Assembly (NCBI GenBank): GCA_963668315.1
Contig: OY764216.1
Coordinates: 736,001 to 800,000 of the forward strand
Direction of reading: 5' to 3'
Length of the DNA: 64,000 bases
Source of the DNA: Spirochaetia bacterium
Lineage (GTDB): Bacteria > Spirochaetota > Spirochaetia > DSM-2461
The notes beneath the pieces are model-generated. The model was not told the origin of the DNA. It searched no databases and was given only the letters and a program-made list of their open reading frames with translations. Positions 17,427 to 29,187 of this stretch are shown here, in pieces. Position 1 is the stretch's first letter. Every line of letters begins with the position of its first letter. Made by a program: the position numbers and the translations under genes.

Positions 17427-18125
17427 ATGACAAAAAGCATAAACAGCGAAGATTACTTTTATGACGGGACTCATTACATAAGCAAAGGGGCTTATTATAA
17501 GAACAGTACCTTTCTGATTTATCCGACCTGGGAAGAAGTCAACAGAAAGATTCTCATCCCCGGTGACCGCTGGCATCCGTTCTGTCCCACCGCTCTTCCT
17601 CCCTGGCAGATTCGGACCTTTGACGGAGAGAATATCATCCCTTTCCGAAACATCAATTACACGATAAACGCCCTGGAAAAGTATCATGTCCTTCTGGGAA
17701 AAAAGATTCTTCTGATGAATCTTTTTCAGCATCCTTCTCTTATTCAGGAAAACCTGATGATACCCGTGATGGATATGGGATGTTTTTATGAGCGCCATGA
17801 TTTCGAGGTAGGCGATGCCATCAGAATACATGTGCTGGATTACCAGGAAGGTCTCTATGCGGCTGAGTACGTAAACAGGTCTGAACAGATGGAAATGCAG
17901 CATAAAGAGGACTCCTGGCTAAGCCTGATGGAAGAATCCATGGAAAAGGTCATATCCCTTTTCGGTGATAAACTGATTCTTCCCCGACAGGTGGATTGGG
18001 CCTTCTTCCTGGGAGGCTGGCGCCTTTTGAAGTACCCCGTATTGAATATACGCCACTTTCTCGATTCGACAAATCTATTTACCCTCGCCGAAGATAAGGG
18101 TGTGTACTTTCTCAAAAAAAAGTGA
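17427..18125 (+). CDS. Hypothetical protein
   Basis: 232 aa ORF filling the gap between MFS and ltaE; no motif recognised. Confidence 0.55.
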   Translation: MTKSINSEDYFYDGTHYISKGAYYKNSTFLIYPTWEEVNRKILIPGDRWHPFCPTALPPWQIRTFDGENIIPFRNINYTINALEKYHVLLGKKILLMNLFQHPSLIQENLMIPVMDMGCFYERHDFEVGDAIRIHVLDYQEGLYAAEYVNRSEQMEMQHKEDSWLSLMEESMEKVISLFGDKLILPRQVDWAFFLGGWRLLKYPVLNIRHFLDSTNLFTLAEDKGVYFLKKK

Positions 18126-18137
18126 TATCACTGTGAT

Positions 18138-19199
18138 ATGGACAGAATGATAGACTTGCGGTCAGATACGGTTACCAAACCTTCGCGCGCCATGCGCGAA
18201 GCCATGATGAACGCCCCTGTTGGTGATGACGTTTCCCGGGAAGATCCCACGATCAATGAACTGGAACGGAGATCCGCTCTCCTCACGGGAAAGGAATCCG
18301 CTTTGTTTGTTCCCAGCGGAACATTTGCCAATCAGTTGTCCATCATGACTCATATCGGCCGCGGCAACGAAGTCTATCTTTCCGAAGAGTCCCATGTCAT
18401 ACAGCATGAATGCGGTGCCGCCTCTATTTTGAGCAGCGCATTTTTGAGGACCATCACCCCCATGGGCGATTATCTCACCTGGGATGAAATCGAACCCCGC
18501 ATAAGAAAAACCGACGATATTCATTTCCCTGTTCCCGGGCTTATCGAGATTGAGAACCCCCTCTCCAACGGTTCCCTGGTGCCTCTTGAGGAGATGATCA
18601 GGATAAAGCAGGGAGCCGCCCGCTACGGGCTTCCCGTACACATGGATGGAGCACGGGTATTCAATGCCGCTCTGGCGTTGGGATTATCGGTGAAAGAAAT
18701 AGCCGACCAAACGGATTCTCTTATGTTCTGTCTGTCAAAGGGGCTAACGGCGCCCGTCGGTTCCATCCTCTGCGGTACGGAGGAGTTCATCGAAAAGGCC
18801 AGGAGAAACAGAAAGATCATGGGCGGCGGTATGCGCCAGGCGGGTATCCTGGCGGCGGCCGGTCTCTATGCCCTCGACCATATGATTGAGAGACTTGCCG
18901 ACGATCACGCCAGAGCCAGACAATTGGGGGATGCCTTCAATAGTTTTGAAGAATTTGATGTCCAGGTCTCACGGATCAAGATCAATATGATATTCATAAC
19001 AATCCCCTGTCTGAACAGCGTAGAGAGGGAGCTCGCCTTCCTCTCCCTTCTAAAGGATATGGGTATTCTGACTTATCCTGCGGAGAACGGTGTTTTCCGC
19101 TTTGTGACAAACAACGAAGTAAGCCAGGATGATATAGATTATATTATCGCCAGTCTTCCTGAAATCGTGGATAAACTGAATAATATGATCTGCAGGTAA
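18138..19199 (+). CDS. ltaE: Low-specificity L-threonine aldolase
   Basis: IDLRSDTVTKP, PSGTFAN, HMDGAR, CLSKGL (PLP Lys), GGGMRQAG. Confidence 0.92.
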   Translation: MDRMIDLRSDTVTKPSRAMREAMMNAPVGDDVSREDPTINELERRSALLTGKESALFVPSGTFANQLSIMTHIGRGNEVYLSEESHVIQHECGAASILSSAFLRTITPMGDYLTWDEIEPRIRKTDDIHFPVPGLIEIENPLSNGSLVPLEEMIRIKQGAARYGLPVHMDGARVFNAALALGLSVKEIADQTDSLMFCLSKGLTAPVGSILCGTEEFIEKARRNRKIMGGGMRQAGILAAAGLYALDHMIERLADDHARARQLGDAFNSFEEFDVQVSRIKINMIFITIPCLNSVERELAFLSLLKDMGILTYPAENGVFRFVTNNEVSQDDIDYIIASLPEIVDKLNNMICR

Positions 19200-19255
19200 A
19201 ATATTTATTTTACCTGCTAACAATATCAGAACATTTATCCTATAATCTATTAATA

Positions 19256-20320
19256 ATGGCAAAAGTAAAAGTTATTAATCCATCCTTGGAACATACTTTT
19301 AAAAAATCACTCTCCCTGGAGATGTCTGATGATGACAGTATTGTTATTTTCAGCGATTTTCATATGGGAAACGGCAAGAGCAGCGATGATTTTTTAAAAA
19401 ACGGGGACATGGTAGGCACGATTCTCAAAGATTACTATCATGAAAAGAACTGGAATCTTATTCTCAACGGAGATATAGAAGAATTACAGAAATTTTCCCT
19501 GCCAAAAATTCGCGTCAGATGGAGCCATATCTATGATATTTTCAAGGATTTCCAGAAGGATAACAGGTTCTATAAAATCTGCGGAAACCATGATGACAAA
19601 CTTCTTCTGGAATTGAGCCATCAGCAGATATTTCCCTTATACGATGCGGTCACCCTTAGATGGAACAATCAGGATTTTTTTATTTACCATGGCCACCAAT
19701 CATCGGCTTTTTACAATCAGTTCAATAAAATCATTGAATTCGGGCTTCATTATATAGTACGTCCTTTACGGATAAAGAATTATTCCGACAGAAATAACAA
19801 TTGGAAAAAACATCGCCTTGAAAGTCAGTCCTATCAGTTCTCCCTCTCTAAAAAAATTGTGTCCCTCATAGGTCATACGCACAGGCCTCTTTTTGAATCC
19901 CTCTCCCGTAAGGAAGTGGTTAAATATCAGATAGAGTACCTGCTGAGAACTTACAGAAAAGCTGCTCCGCAGGAACATATGCGGTTGAAAAGTAAACTGC
20001 ACAAGCTCAAAGCCGAACTTGATGAATTAACCAAGGACGACCGATTCATTGACCCCTTTCGTTCCATCTATTCAGATGAAATAGTCATACCCTGTCTATT
20101 CAATTCGGGATGCGCCATCGGTAAAAGGGGCATAACCTGCATTGAGCTCTCCAAGGGGAAGATTTCTCTTGTCTACTGGTTCAATCGGAATATCCCGCAG
20201 AAGCGGCCGAATCTGTTGGATAAATCAACCCCCATCAAGGGTACGGACTATAATCGTGTCGTTATTAAAAGAGATGATATTTCCTATATCACCGACTGCA
20301 TCAAATTATTTCTGGATTAG
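19256..20320 (+). CDS. Metallophosphoesterase (calcineurin-like)
   Basis: SDFH, NGD, GNHD, HGH, GHTH, NSG motifs. Confidence 0.88.
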   Translation: MAKVKVINPSLEHTFKKSLSLEMSDDDSIVIFSDFHMGNGKSSDDFLKNGDMVGTILKDYYHEKNWNLILNGDIEELQKFSLPKIRVRWSHIYDIFKDFQKDNRFYKICGNHDDKLLLELSHQQIFPLYDAVTLRWNNQDFFIYHGHQSSAFYNQFNKIIEFGLHYIVRPLRIKNYSDRNNNWKKHRLESQSYQFSLSKKIVSLIGHTHRPLFESLSRKEVVKYQIEYLLRTYRKAAPQEHMRLKSKLHKLKAELDELTKDDRFIDPFRSIYSDEIVIPCLFNSGCAIGKRGITCIELSKGKISLVYWFNRNIPQKRPNLLDKSTPIKGTDYNRVVIKRDDISYITDCIKLFLD

Positions 20321-20328
20321 CCACACAT

Positions 20329-21123
20329 CTACTTAACATCAGCTTTTCTGATGATTCTGGCCAATATTCCGGGAAAAAAACGGCTCATGAAGAGGGCAAA
20401 TCTGGTTTTTCCTACCAATCCCATATATATCTCTCTTTTTTCCCTTTCTATTCCCCTGATAATAATACCGGCTGCTTTAGAGGGAGTAATCCCCCTTGCC
20501 TGGTTGGGATCCATTAGATTATGCTTCTGCCCTTCCCCTTCTAAAGCATTAACGGATATTTCGGTTTTCACAAATCCGGGAACGATCAGGGATACTTTTA
20601 TATTATCCTCATAAACTTCGGCTCTGAGAGCATCGGTAAACCCCTGAAGAGCCATTTTTGAAGCGGAATAGCTGCTGCGCAAGGGGGTGGCAAATTTTCC
20701 TGCCACACTGCTGACGAAGAGACAGTAACCACGTTTTCTTTCGATCATATGGGGTATGATGAGAGAGGTCAATGCCGCGGGACCCATGAAATTGGTTTCC
20801 ATAATCTTCTCTATTACGGATATTTTTGTTTCGGAAACAGGCGCTCTTTGGCTGACACCGGCATTATTAATGAGAATATCGACACGTCCCCATTTCTCCA
20901 GAACCTGTTCCAGAGCAAAGGGGAATGACGTTCTATCGGTCATGTCCAGGGGAACAATCATAGACCGTTCTCCGCCGATCTTCTCTGCCATTTTAGCCAG
21001 TTTTTCCCGGTTGCGGGCCGATAAAACAACAATTCCCCCTTTCCGGTGAATTTCATAGGCCAATGCCTCTCCTATACCCGATGAGGCACCGGTAATCCAT
21101 ACAACAGCTTTATCTATCTGCAT
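20329..21123 (-). CDS. Short-chain dehydrogenase/reductase
   Basis: TGASSGIG, NNAG, YSASK. Confidence 0.92.
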   Translation of the reverse strand: MQIDKAVVWITGASSGIGEALAYEIHRKGGIVVLSARNREKLAKMAEKIGGERSMIVPLDMTDRTSFPFALEQVLEKWGRVDILINNAGVSQRAPVSETKISVIEKIMETNFMGPAALTSLIIPHMIERKRGYCLFVSSVAGKFATPLRSSYSASKMALQGFTDALRAEVYEDNIKVSLIVPGFVKTEISVNALEGEGQKHNLMDPNQARGITPSKAAGIIIRGIEREKREIYMGLVGKTRFALFMSRFFPGILARIIRKADVK

Positions 21124-21831
21124 CTATTTCTCGCTCAAGTAATTAATATTAAGTATTCCGTCAAGGTCCATGGAAAGACTGATAACATCGCCCCGTAATA
21201 GAGTGACGTCATAGATGGTAGAGCCTTCATGGGTCAGTTCATCCCGGACAAGATAGAGTACATCGCCCTCTTCCTTTTTAATAAGGGGCGCGTCATTTTT
21301 CTTTAACCGTGACAGAGAGATTTCCTTCTTTATTAAACGATATTCGAAGTAATTTTTTTTGAGGAACTTAGATCCGTCTTTGATGTTTTCTGATGTATTG
21401 ATATATTTTCTGTTAATCAGAAGCGGTTGGTCATCCAGGGAGTAAACGGCCATAATATAGTAGACCGATTTTTCACTGTCAAAAACATTTTGTATCGCTT
21501 CCGGAAGATCTTTATAAGCTCTCTCGCAAAACACCTTAATATCAAAGGAAAGTTTTTTTGAGTTTTTCAAAAATGACTGTATATCGGCACTGATTTTTGA
21601 GGATCCCTCGGATACAAAAGTTCCGATTCCTTTTTTATATGTTAATATTCCTTCGCCGACCAGGCTCGATAGCGCTTTGTTGGCCGTTGTCCTGCTCACT
21701 TCAAACCGTGTACTGACTTCTCTCTCGGAAAGAAAGCGTTCTCCCCTTTTAAATTCTCCGTCTTCCACTAACTCTTTTAAGATCCGGCATATCTGTAAAT
21801 AAACAGGTTCTTTTATTATCCTATCCATCAT
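21124..21831 (-). CDS. GntR-family regulator (HutC-like)
   Basis: PVYLQI..SEREVSTRFEVSRTTANKAL..GIGTFV. Confidence 0.85.
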   Translation of the reverse strand: MMDRIIKEPVYLQICRILKELVEDGEFKRGERFLSEREVSTRFEVSRTTANKALSSLVGEGILTYKKGIGTFVSEGSSKISADIQSFLKNSKKLSFDIKVFCERAYKDLPEAIQNVFDSEKSVYYIMAVYSLDDQPLLINRKYINTSENIKDGSKFLKKNYFEYRLIKKEISLSRLKKNDAPLIKKEEGDVLYLVRDELTHEGSTIYDVTLLRGDVISLSMDLDGILNINYLSEK

Positions 21832-21979
21832 TAACCTCTTATGTAATAATAGAATAGATTCAAATACTAGTCAATTAATAATTATTTTTTGTCCCTCTTT
21901 ATCCAATGTCTATCTTTCTTATTGAAATAGTTAAAAAATATTATTATACTCTCTTTAATTAGCTTTCAAGGAGTTGTTC

Positions 21980-22210
21980 ATGAGTGATCTTAAAGAGAAA
22001 ATTTCTCAGGCAATAGAAGAAGTAAGACCCAGTCTTCAGGCAGATGGCGGCGATATAAGATTCGTGGAATTAACCGATGAAAATGTTGTCAAAGTAGAAT
22101 TACAGGGTGCCTGCAATGGCTGTCCCATGGCACAGATGACTCTCAAACAGGGCGTCGAAAATTACCTTAAAAAGGTTATTCCCGAAGTAGCTTCTGTAGA
22201 ATCCATCTAA
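21980..22210 (+). CDS. NifU/NfuA C-terminal domain Fe-S carrier
   Basis: VRPSLQADGGD, GACNGCP; AAGGAG RBS. Confidence 0.92.
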   Translation: MSDLKEKISQAIEEVRPSLQADGGDIRFVELTDENVVKVELQGACNGCPMAQMTLKQGVENYLKKVIPEVASVESI

Positions 22211-22233
22211 TATACTTTTAAAGTATTTATATT

Positions 22234-22260
22234 AAGCTGTCCGCGGGGCAGCTTTTTTTT
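22234..22260 (+). terminator. Intrinsic terminator after nifU-like gene
   Basis: AAGCTGTCC-GCG-GGGCAGCTT followed by T-tract. Confidence 0.8.
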
Positions 22261-22269
22261 ATTAACACG

Positions 22270-22393
22270 TTATCCACAATATTAATTTTATGTATATAAA
22301 TTGTCACAGAATTTATTCTTTATAATATAAACATTTAGAGAGAGCATTTTTTTGAACAGAATAATTAGAATTTTCAGTCCCAAGTTATCCACA
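22270..22393 (+). promoter_or_regulatory. Two perfect DnaA boxes flanking an AT-rich tract
   Basis: TTATCCACA at 22270-22278 and 22385-22393. Confidence 0.75.
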
Positions 22394-22402
22394 GGAGGCA
22401 TA

Positions 22403-22418
22403 TGTTTCACGTGAAACA
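22403..22418. other. parS centromere site
   Basis: Perfect palindrome TGTTTCACGTGAAACA. Confidence 0.92.
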
Positions 22419-22436
22419 TTTTTCACGGCTTTAACC

Positions 22437-22562
22437 CTATAAAAAACGCAATGAATTGATATATTCATTCTGTATCTGCGAAAGGAAATAAATAAACCAT
22501 TTTTTGTCCCTAATGACAGATAACAAGATAGTGATCAATTCAGTCTCCTTCGGTAATTGCAT
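22437..22562 (-). CDS. Candidate 41 aa small protein
   Basis: TAAGGAGG RBS then ATG; MQLPKETELITILLSVIRDKKWFIYFLSQIQNEYINSLRFL. Confidence 0.3.
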   Translation of the reverse strand: MQLPKETELITILLSVIRDKKWFIYFLSQIQNEYINSLRFL

Positions 22563-22622
22563 ATTCCTCCTTATCCTCGCAATTATGAACATATTTTTAT
22601 GAAGTTTAATTCCCATTGTCAC

Positions 22623-22664
22623 AAAAAAAGGGGCTGTTGCTAGATCATTTACTGCAACAGCCCC
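22623..22664 (-). terminator. Intrinsic terminator of gyrBA
   Basis: GGGGCTGTTGC...GCAACAGCCCC stem with T-tract on the minus strand. Confidence 0.85.
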
Positions 22665-22685
22665 GTATCTTAACTGATTAGTTAA

Positions 22686-25262
22686 TTATTCTTCGGAATC
22701 ATCCTGATATTCATCATCATCTTCAAAATCTTCTGATTCATCAATTGTTTCACGTGAAACATCTTCAGGAAGATCATCACCCAACAATTCTAACTGAGTA
22801 TCATTTTCTTCTTCCTCATCAGGTATATTATCTTCATTTTCTTTTTCCTGACGAGCAATACCAATTAGTTTATCATCGTAACCGGTATTGAGGACTCTGA
22901 CACCAAATGCGGCTCTACCATTGATGGAAATGGAATGAACAGGCATTCTGATAGCCTTGCCCTGTGTTGTGATACAGATAATACTATCTTCTTCCAAAAC
23001 TTCCATAACACCGATCAACTCACCGGTTTTTTTATTAACCCCGTACGCTTTCTGGCCGCCTGTTCCTCTTCCGTGTGCGGAAAACTCATCAAATTCCGTT
23101 CTCTTTCCGTAACCATATTCGGAAATAAGCAGCATTTTGTATTCATCTTCCACATTACACATTCCAATGAGCTCATCACCTTCGGCAAGCTTTATACCCC
23201 GCACGCCTCGGGCGACTCTTCCCATACACCGGACGCTTTCCTCGTTTATTCTCAGTCCCTTACCTCTTTTGGTTATGAGCATAATGTCGCCTTCGCCGGT
23301 GGTAAGTTTAGCAGAAACAAGAGAATCCCCTTCATCCAGCTCAATAGCCCGTATACCGCGCATCTTGGCATTTCTGAAATCATAGGTGCTGACTCTCTTC
23401 ACAATGGCGTTTTTGGTGGCCATAAAGAGAAACTGATCCTCCTTGAAATCTTCGAGAGGAACGGAAGCGGTAATTTCTTCATCCTCTTCAAATTCAAAGA
23501 TGGTTTTCAGATGTTTACCCTTGGAAGCCCGGGATCCTTCGGGAATTTCGTATACCTTAAGCCAATAGGCCTTCGCTTTATTGGTTACGAACATGATGTG
23601 TGTATGGGTATTGGCGATAAACATATGCTCTATGAAATCGTCATCTTTCAGCTTGGAAGTATTGGATCCCTTTCCTCCCCTGCTCTGTTCTTTATACTCT
23701 GAAACGGCAATTCTCTTGATAAATCCCCGGTTGGAAATAAGAACGACCATGTTTTCCTTCTTGATGAAGTCTTCCATATTCATCGTTTCCAACTCTTCGG
23801 GAACTATCTCTGTCCTTCTGGGTGTACCATACTTCTCTTTCAGTTCAATGGTTTCATCCTGGATGACACCTAGTATTTTTTCTTCATGGGCCAAGAGATC
23901 TTCCAGATAGGCAATTTCGGCCAACAATTCATTCAACTCATCAATAATCTTCTGAGTTTCCAGACTTGTCAGTTTCTGAAGCCGCATATCCAGAATAGCC
24001 TGAGCCTGCTTTTCAGAAAAATCGAATCTTTCCATCAAGTTGACTCGGGCCATGTTTACATTTTCAGATTTTTTGATGATATCCACGATCTCATCGATAT
24101 TATCAAGAGCAATTTTCAAGCCCTCGAGAATGTGGGCCCGAGCTTTTGCTTTATCGAGATCGAATATACAACGTCGCCTGATAACATCAAGTCTGTGGGT
24201 AATAAAATGCTGAAGCATAACCTTCAAGTTACATAACTTCGGCTTTCCATTGACCAATGCCAGATTAATAACATTAAAATTAGACTGCAAGGGAGTTAAA
24301 GAGAACAGATGATTCAAAACTACCTTGGTGGGAATATTTCTTTTCAGCTCAATAACGACTCTCATACCCTGTCGGTCAGACTCGTCACGCAGTTCAGAAA
24401 TACCCTCTATTCGCTTATCCTTTACCAGTTCGGCAATTCTTTCTACCAGTTTGGCCTTGTTTACCTGATAGGGTATTTCGGTGATGATGATGGCTTCCCT
24501 GTCGCCTCTTAACTCTTCAAGATGGTATTTTGCCCGGGCGATAATCTTACCGCGTCCGGTTTTTGCAGCCATTCTTATGCCGACTTTACCGTAAATAGAA
24601 GCTCCCGTGGGGTAATCCGGTCCTTTCACATACTCCAGAAGATCCTCGACAGTCATATCGGGATCTTCAATCAGGGCACAGAGGGCATCACATACTTCAG
24701 AAAGGTTGTGGGGAGGCATATTGGTTGCCATACCTACGGCGATACCGTTGGATCCGTTTACCAGAAGTGCGGGAAAAGCCGTAGGAAGCACCAGCGGCTC
24801 CATCATGGAATCATCGTAGTTGGGACCGAAATCAACGGTTTCCTTCTTGATATCCCTGAGCATGGCCTCGGATATACGAGCCATTTTGGCCTCGGTATAC
24901 CTCATGGCTGCCGGAGGATCACCGTCTACGGAACCAAAGTTTCCCTGGCCCTGAACAAGAGGCTCTCTTAATGAGAAATCCTGGGCCATTCTTACCAGGG
25001 CGTCATAAACGGAAGCATCACCATGGGGATGGAATTTACCGAGTACGTCTCCGACTATACGGGCACATTTCTTTTCCTTGCTGTTGTAACGCAATCCCAT
25101 TTCACTCATGGAATAGAGGATCCTTCGATGTACCGGCTTCAATCCGTCTCTGATATCGGGCAGAGCACGGCTGATAATTACGGACATGGCGTAATTCAGG
25201 TAAGATTCTTTAACTTCGTCTTCAATAGCAATGGGAATTACTTTTCCTTGAAAATCGCTCAC
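22686..25262 (-). CDS. gyrA: DNA gyrase subunit A
   Basis: [22 protein letters not shown], GyrA-box QSRGGKG, acidic tail. Confidence 0.97.
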   Translation of the reverse strand: MSDFQGKVIPIAIEDEVKESYLNYAMSVIISRALPDIRDGLKPVHRRILYSMSEMGLRYNSKEKKCARIVGDVLGKFHPHGDASVYDALVRMAQDFSLREPLVQGQGNFGSVDGDPPAAMRYTEAKMARISEAMLRDIKKETVDFGPNYDDSMMEPLVLPTAFPALLVNGSNGIAVGMATNMPPHNLSEVCDALCALIEDPDMTVEDLLEYVKGPDYPTGASIYGKVGIRMAAKTGRGKIIARAKYHLEELRGDREAIIITEIPYQVNKAKLVERIAELVKDKRIEGISELRDESDRQGMRVVIELKRNIPTKVVLNHLFSLTPLQSNFNVINLALVNGKPKLCNLKVMLQHFITHRLDVIRRRCIFDLDKAKARAHILEGLKIALDNIDEIVDIIKKSENVNMARVNLMERFDFSEKQAQAILDMRLQKLTSLETQKIIDELNELLAEIAYLEDLLAHEEKILGVIQDETIELKEKYGTPRRTEIVPEELETMNMEDFIKKENMVVLISNRGFIKRIAVSEYKEQSRGGKGSNTSKLKDDDFIEHMFIANTHTHIMFVTNKAKAYWLKVYEIPEGSRASKGKHLKTIFEFEEDEEITASVPLEDFKEDQFLFMATKNAIVKRVSTYDFRNAKMRGIRAIELDEGDSLVSAKLTTGEGDIMLITKRGKGLRINEESVRCMGRVARGVRGIKLAEGDELIGMCNVEDEYKMLLISEYGYGKRTEFDEFSAHGRGTGGQKAYGVNKKTGELIGVMEVLEEDSIICITTQGKAIRMPVHSISINGRAAFGVRVLNTGYDDKLIGIARQEKENEDNIPDEEEENDTQLELLGDDLPEDVSRETIDESEDFEDDDEYQDDSEE
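22746..22761. other. parS site inside gyrA coding sequence
   Basis: Perfect TGTTTCACGTGAAACA, read as DVSRET in the GyrA tail. Confidence 0.9.
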
Positions 25263-25271
25263 AAAATTCTC

Positions 25272-27197
<1,926 letters not shown>

Positions 27198-27316
27198 TTA
27201 TAGTTTGGGGAAAGATAACCTGAATAGTATATAGCCCGAAACCAAAAAAGTAAAGATAGTCATATCCTCCGAAATTATGCTATAGTATGCTCATATACGT
27301 CCAGGAGTAGTTTTTT

Positions 27317-28735
27317 ATGGCCAATGTTGATTTCAAAGTCTTTTGGGATGAATGTATCCGTCAGATACGCGAAAATAAGATCGATGAAGCGGAATTTCAT
27401 CTATGGTTTGAAAAATTGGTTTACCTTTCCTATGAAAACTCCCATCTGGTAGTCGGAACCCCCTCCCGCTTCTATAAGGATCAGGTCGTTTCACGGGGTT
27501 ATAATAAGCTGATTGAAAAAACTCTGGAAGAATTATCCGGCTCCCTGATCACCGTGAGCTTTGAAATATCCGAAAACAAAACCGAAATAGAGGATGAAGA
27601 AGAAAAGGAAGAAAAAATTCCCTCTGAAACGGTTATTCCTCCGGTCAAACAGAATAATAATTCCCCCAAAAGCCGCCCTATCCCTCCGGAAAATATCATA
27701 AGCCATCCCCAGCTTCAAACAAATTTCACCTTTGAAAATTATGTCATTGGAAACAATAACGATTTTGCCGTGGGAGCCGCCAAAGCTATCGCCGATAATC
27801 CGGGAAAAACCAAATACAATCCCTTCCTTATATATGGTGGCGTCGGTCTGGGCAAAACTCACCTCATGCAGGCCATTGGAAATTTAGTCTATCAGGCCAA
27901 TCCGCAGACAAAAATAGTCTGTATTCCCAGCGAGACCTTCGTTAATGAATTCATCCAGTCCATTAGAACCAATACGCAAAACAACTTCAAAAACAAATAT
28001 AGAAAAGTAGATCTCCTGCTCCTCGACGATATTCATGATCTTCAGGATAAAAATGATACCCAGGAAGAGCTTTTCCATACATTCAATGCCCTTTACGATT
28101 ACGATAAACAGCTGGTATTCACCTGTGATAGACCGCCCTCCGAGCTGAAGAAATTTAATGACCGCCTGAAAAGCCGATTCCAGAGGGGGCTTATCGTCGA
28201 TCTCCAGCCGCCCAGCTATGAAACAAGAATCGCTATTATAAAGAAGAAAATAGAACAAACGAATTATAATGATGAAATATCCCTGGAAGTCATCGAATTT
28301 ATTGCGAAAAACATCACATCGAATATTCGTGACCTGGAAGCGGCTCTGAACAGAATAATCGGCTATTCCGATATAGTCAAAAAGGAAATAACCATAGAGT
28401 CGGTGAAAAATCTCCTGCAGCAGTATTTTTCCGTTTCTCCCCAGAGCGCCGTTTCCATCGGCAAAATCCAGAAAATAGTCTCTGAATACTTCAACGTCTC
28501 CATCCTGGATATCAAAGGCAAGAAAAGAACCCAGAAAATCACCTTTCCCCGTCATATAGCCATGTATCTATCCCGTGAGCTCACCGATTTTTCCACGACA
28601 GAGATTGGAATCGAATTCGGCGGAAAGGATCATACGACGGTCATGCATGCCTGTCAGCGCATAGACGAGAGATTGGCGGTGGATTCCACCCTTGAGCCTA
28701 TGATTATGGAACTTAAGAAGAACATCTACTCTTAA
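27317..28735 (+). CDS. dnaA: Chromosomal replication initiator DnaA
   Basis: YNPFLIYGGVGLGKTHL, LLLDDI, NIRDLE, FGGKDHTTVMHA. Confidence 0.97.
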   Translation: MANVDFKVFWDECIRQIRENKIDEAEFHLWFEKLVYLSYENSHLVVGTPSRFYKDQVVSRGYNKLIEKTLEELSGSLITVSFEISENKTEIEDEEEKEEKIPSETVIPPVKQNNNSPKSRPIPPENIISHPQLQTNFTFENYVIGNNNDFAVGAAKAIADNPGKTKYNPFLIYGGVGLGKTHLMQAIGNLVYQANPQTKIVCIPSETFVNEFIQSIRTNTQNNFKNKYRKVDLLLLDDIHDLQDKNDTQEELFHTFNALYDYDKQLVFTCDRPPSELKKFNDRLKSRFQRGLIVDLQPPSYETRIAIIKKKIEQTNYNDEISLEVIEFIAKNITSNIRDLEAALNRIIGYSDIVKKEITIESVKNLLQQYFSVSPQSAVSIGKIQKIVSEYFNVSILDIKGKKRTQKITFPRHIAMYLSRELTDFSTTEIGIEFGGKDHTTVMHACQRIDERLAVDSTLEPMIMELKKNIYS

Positions 28736-28899
28736 TCCCTTTCTTTAATTAAGAATGTAGAATGAAGAATTAGTTTCCTCCCCCACTTATAATTATAACT
28801 GTCTCCAACAAAAAAGCTCATTGCGAAAGACCAAGCCCTTTCTTTATTATACAAAGCCCTAATTCTCCCTTCTTCATTCTCAATTCTTCATTAAAAACC

Positions 28900-29110
28900 C
28901 CTGTGGAAAACTCTGTTAAAACGAACTGTATGGATCCGTGGAAAACTGTGTATAACCCGTCTGTCTGTGATTATGTGGATATTAATGCGGATTTTTCCTC
29001 AGACTTATTCTTTCCCTATTTTTCTCTAAGGGCTAATTTTAAGGGGCTTATCAACAAATTCACAGGCCCTACTACTACTTCTACTGTTTTATAAATTAAT
29101 AAATTTAGAA
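28900..29110. other. oriC: DnaA box cluster, basal unwinding system and AT-rich tract
   Basis: TGTGGAAAA 28902, TGTGTATAA 28947, TGTGGATAT 28974, TTATCAACA 29048, AAATTCACA 29056, GGCC, then CTACTACTACTTCTACT trios 29069-29085. Confidence 0.88.
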
Positions 29111-29187
29111 AAAGAAGGGTTTTTCTTGAAAGCCATTTGTGCTATCATTTAAATCCATAATTATCCCCCCGCACAAGGAGTATTTTC

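Noticed and set aside
18230..18245. parS-like CGTTTCCCGGGAAGAT in ltaE
   Set aside because: Several mismatches to consensus, broken symmetry, explained by protein coding
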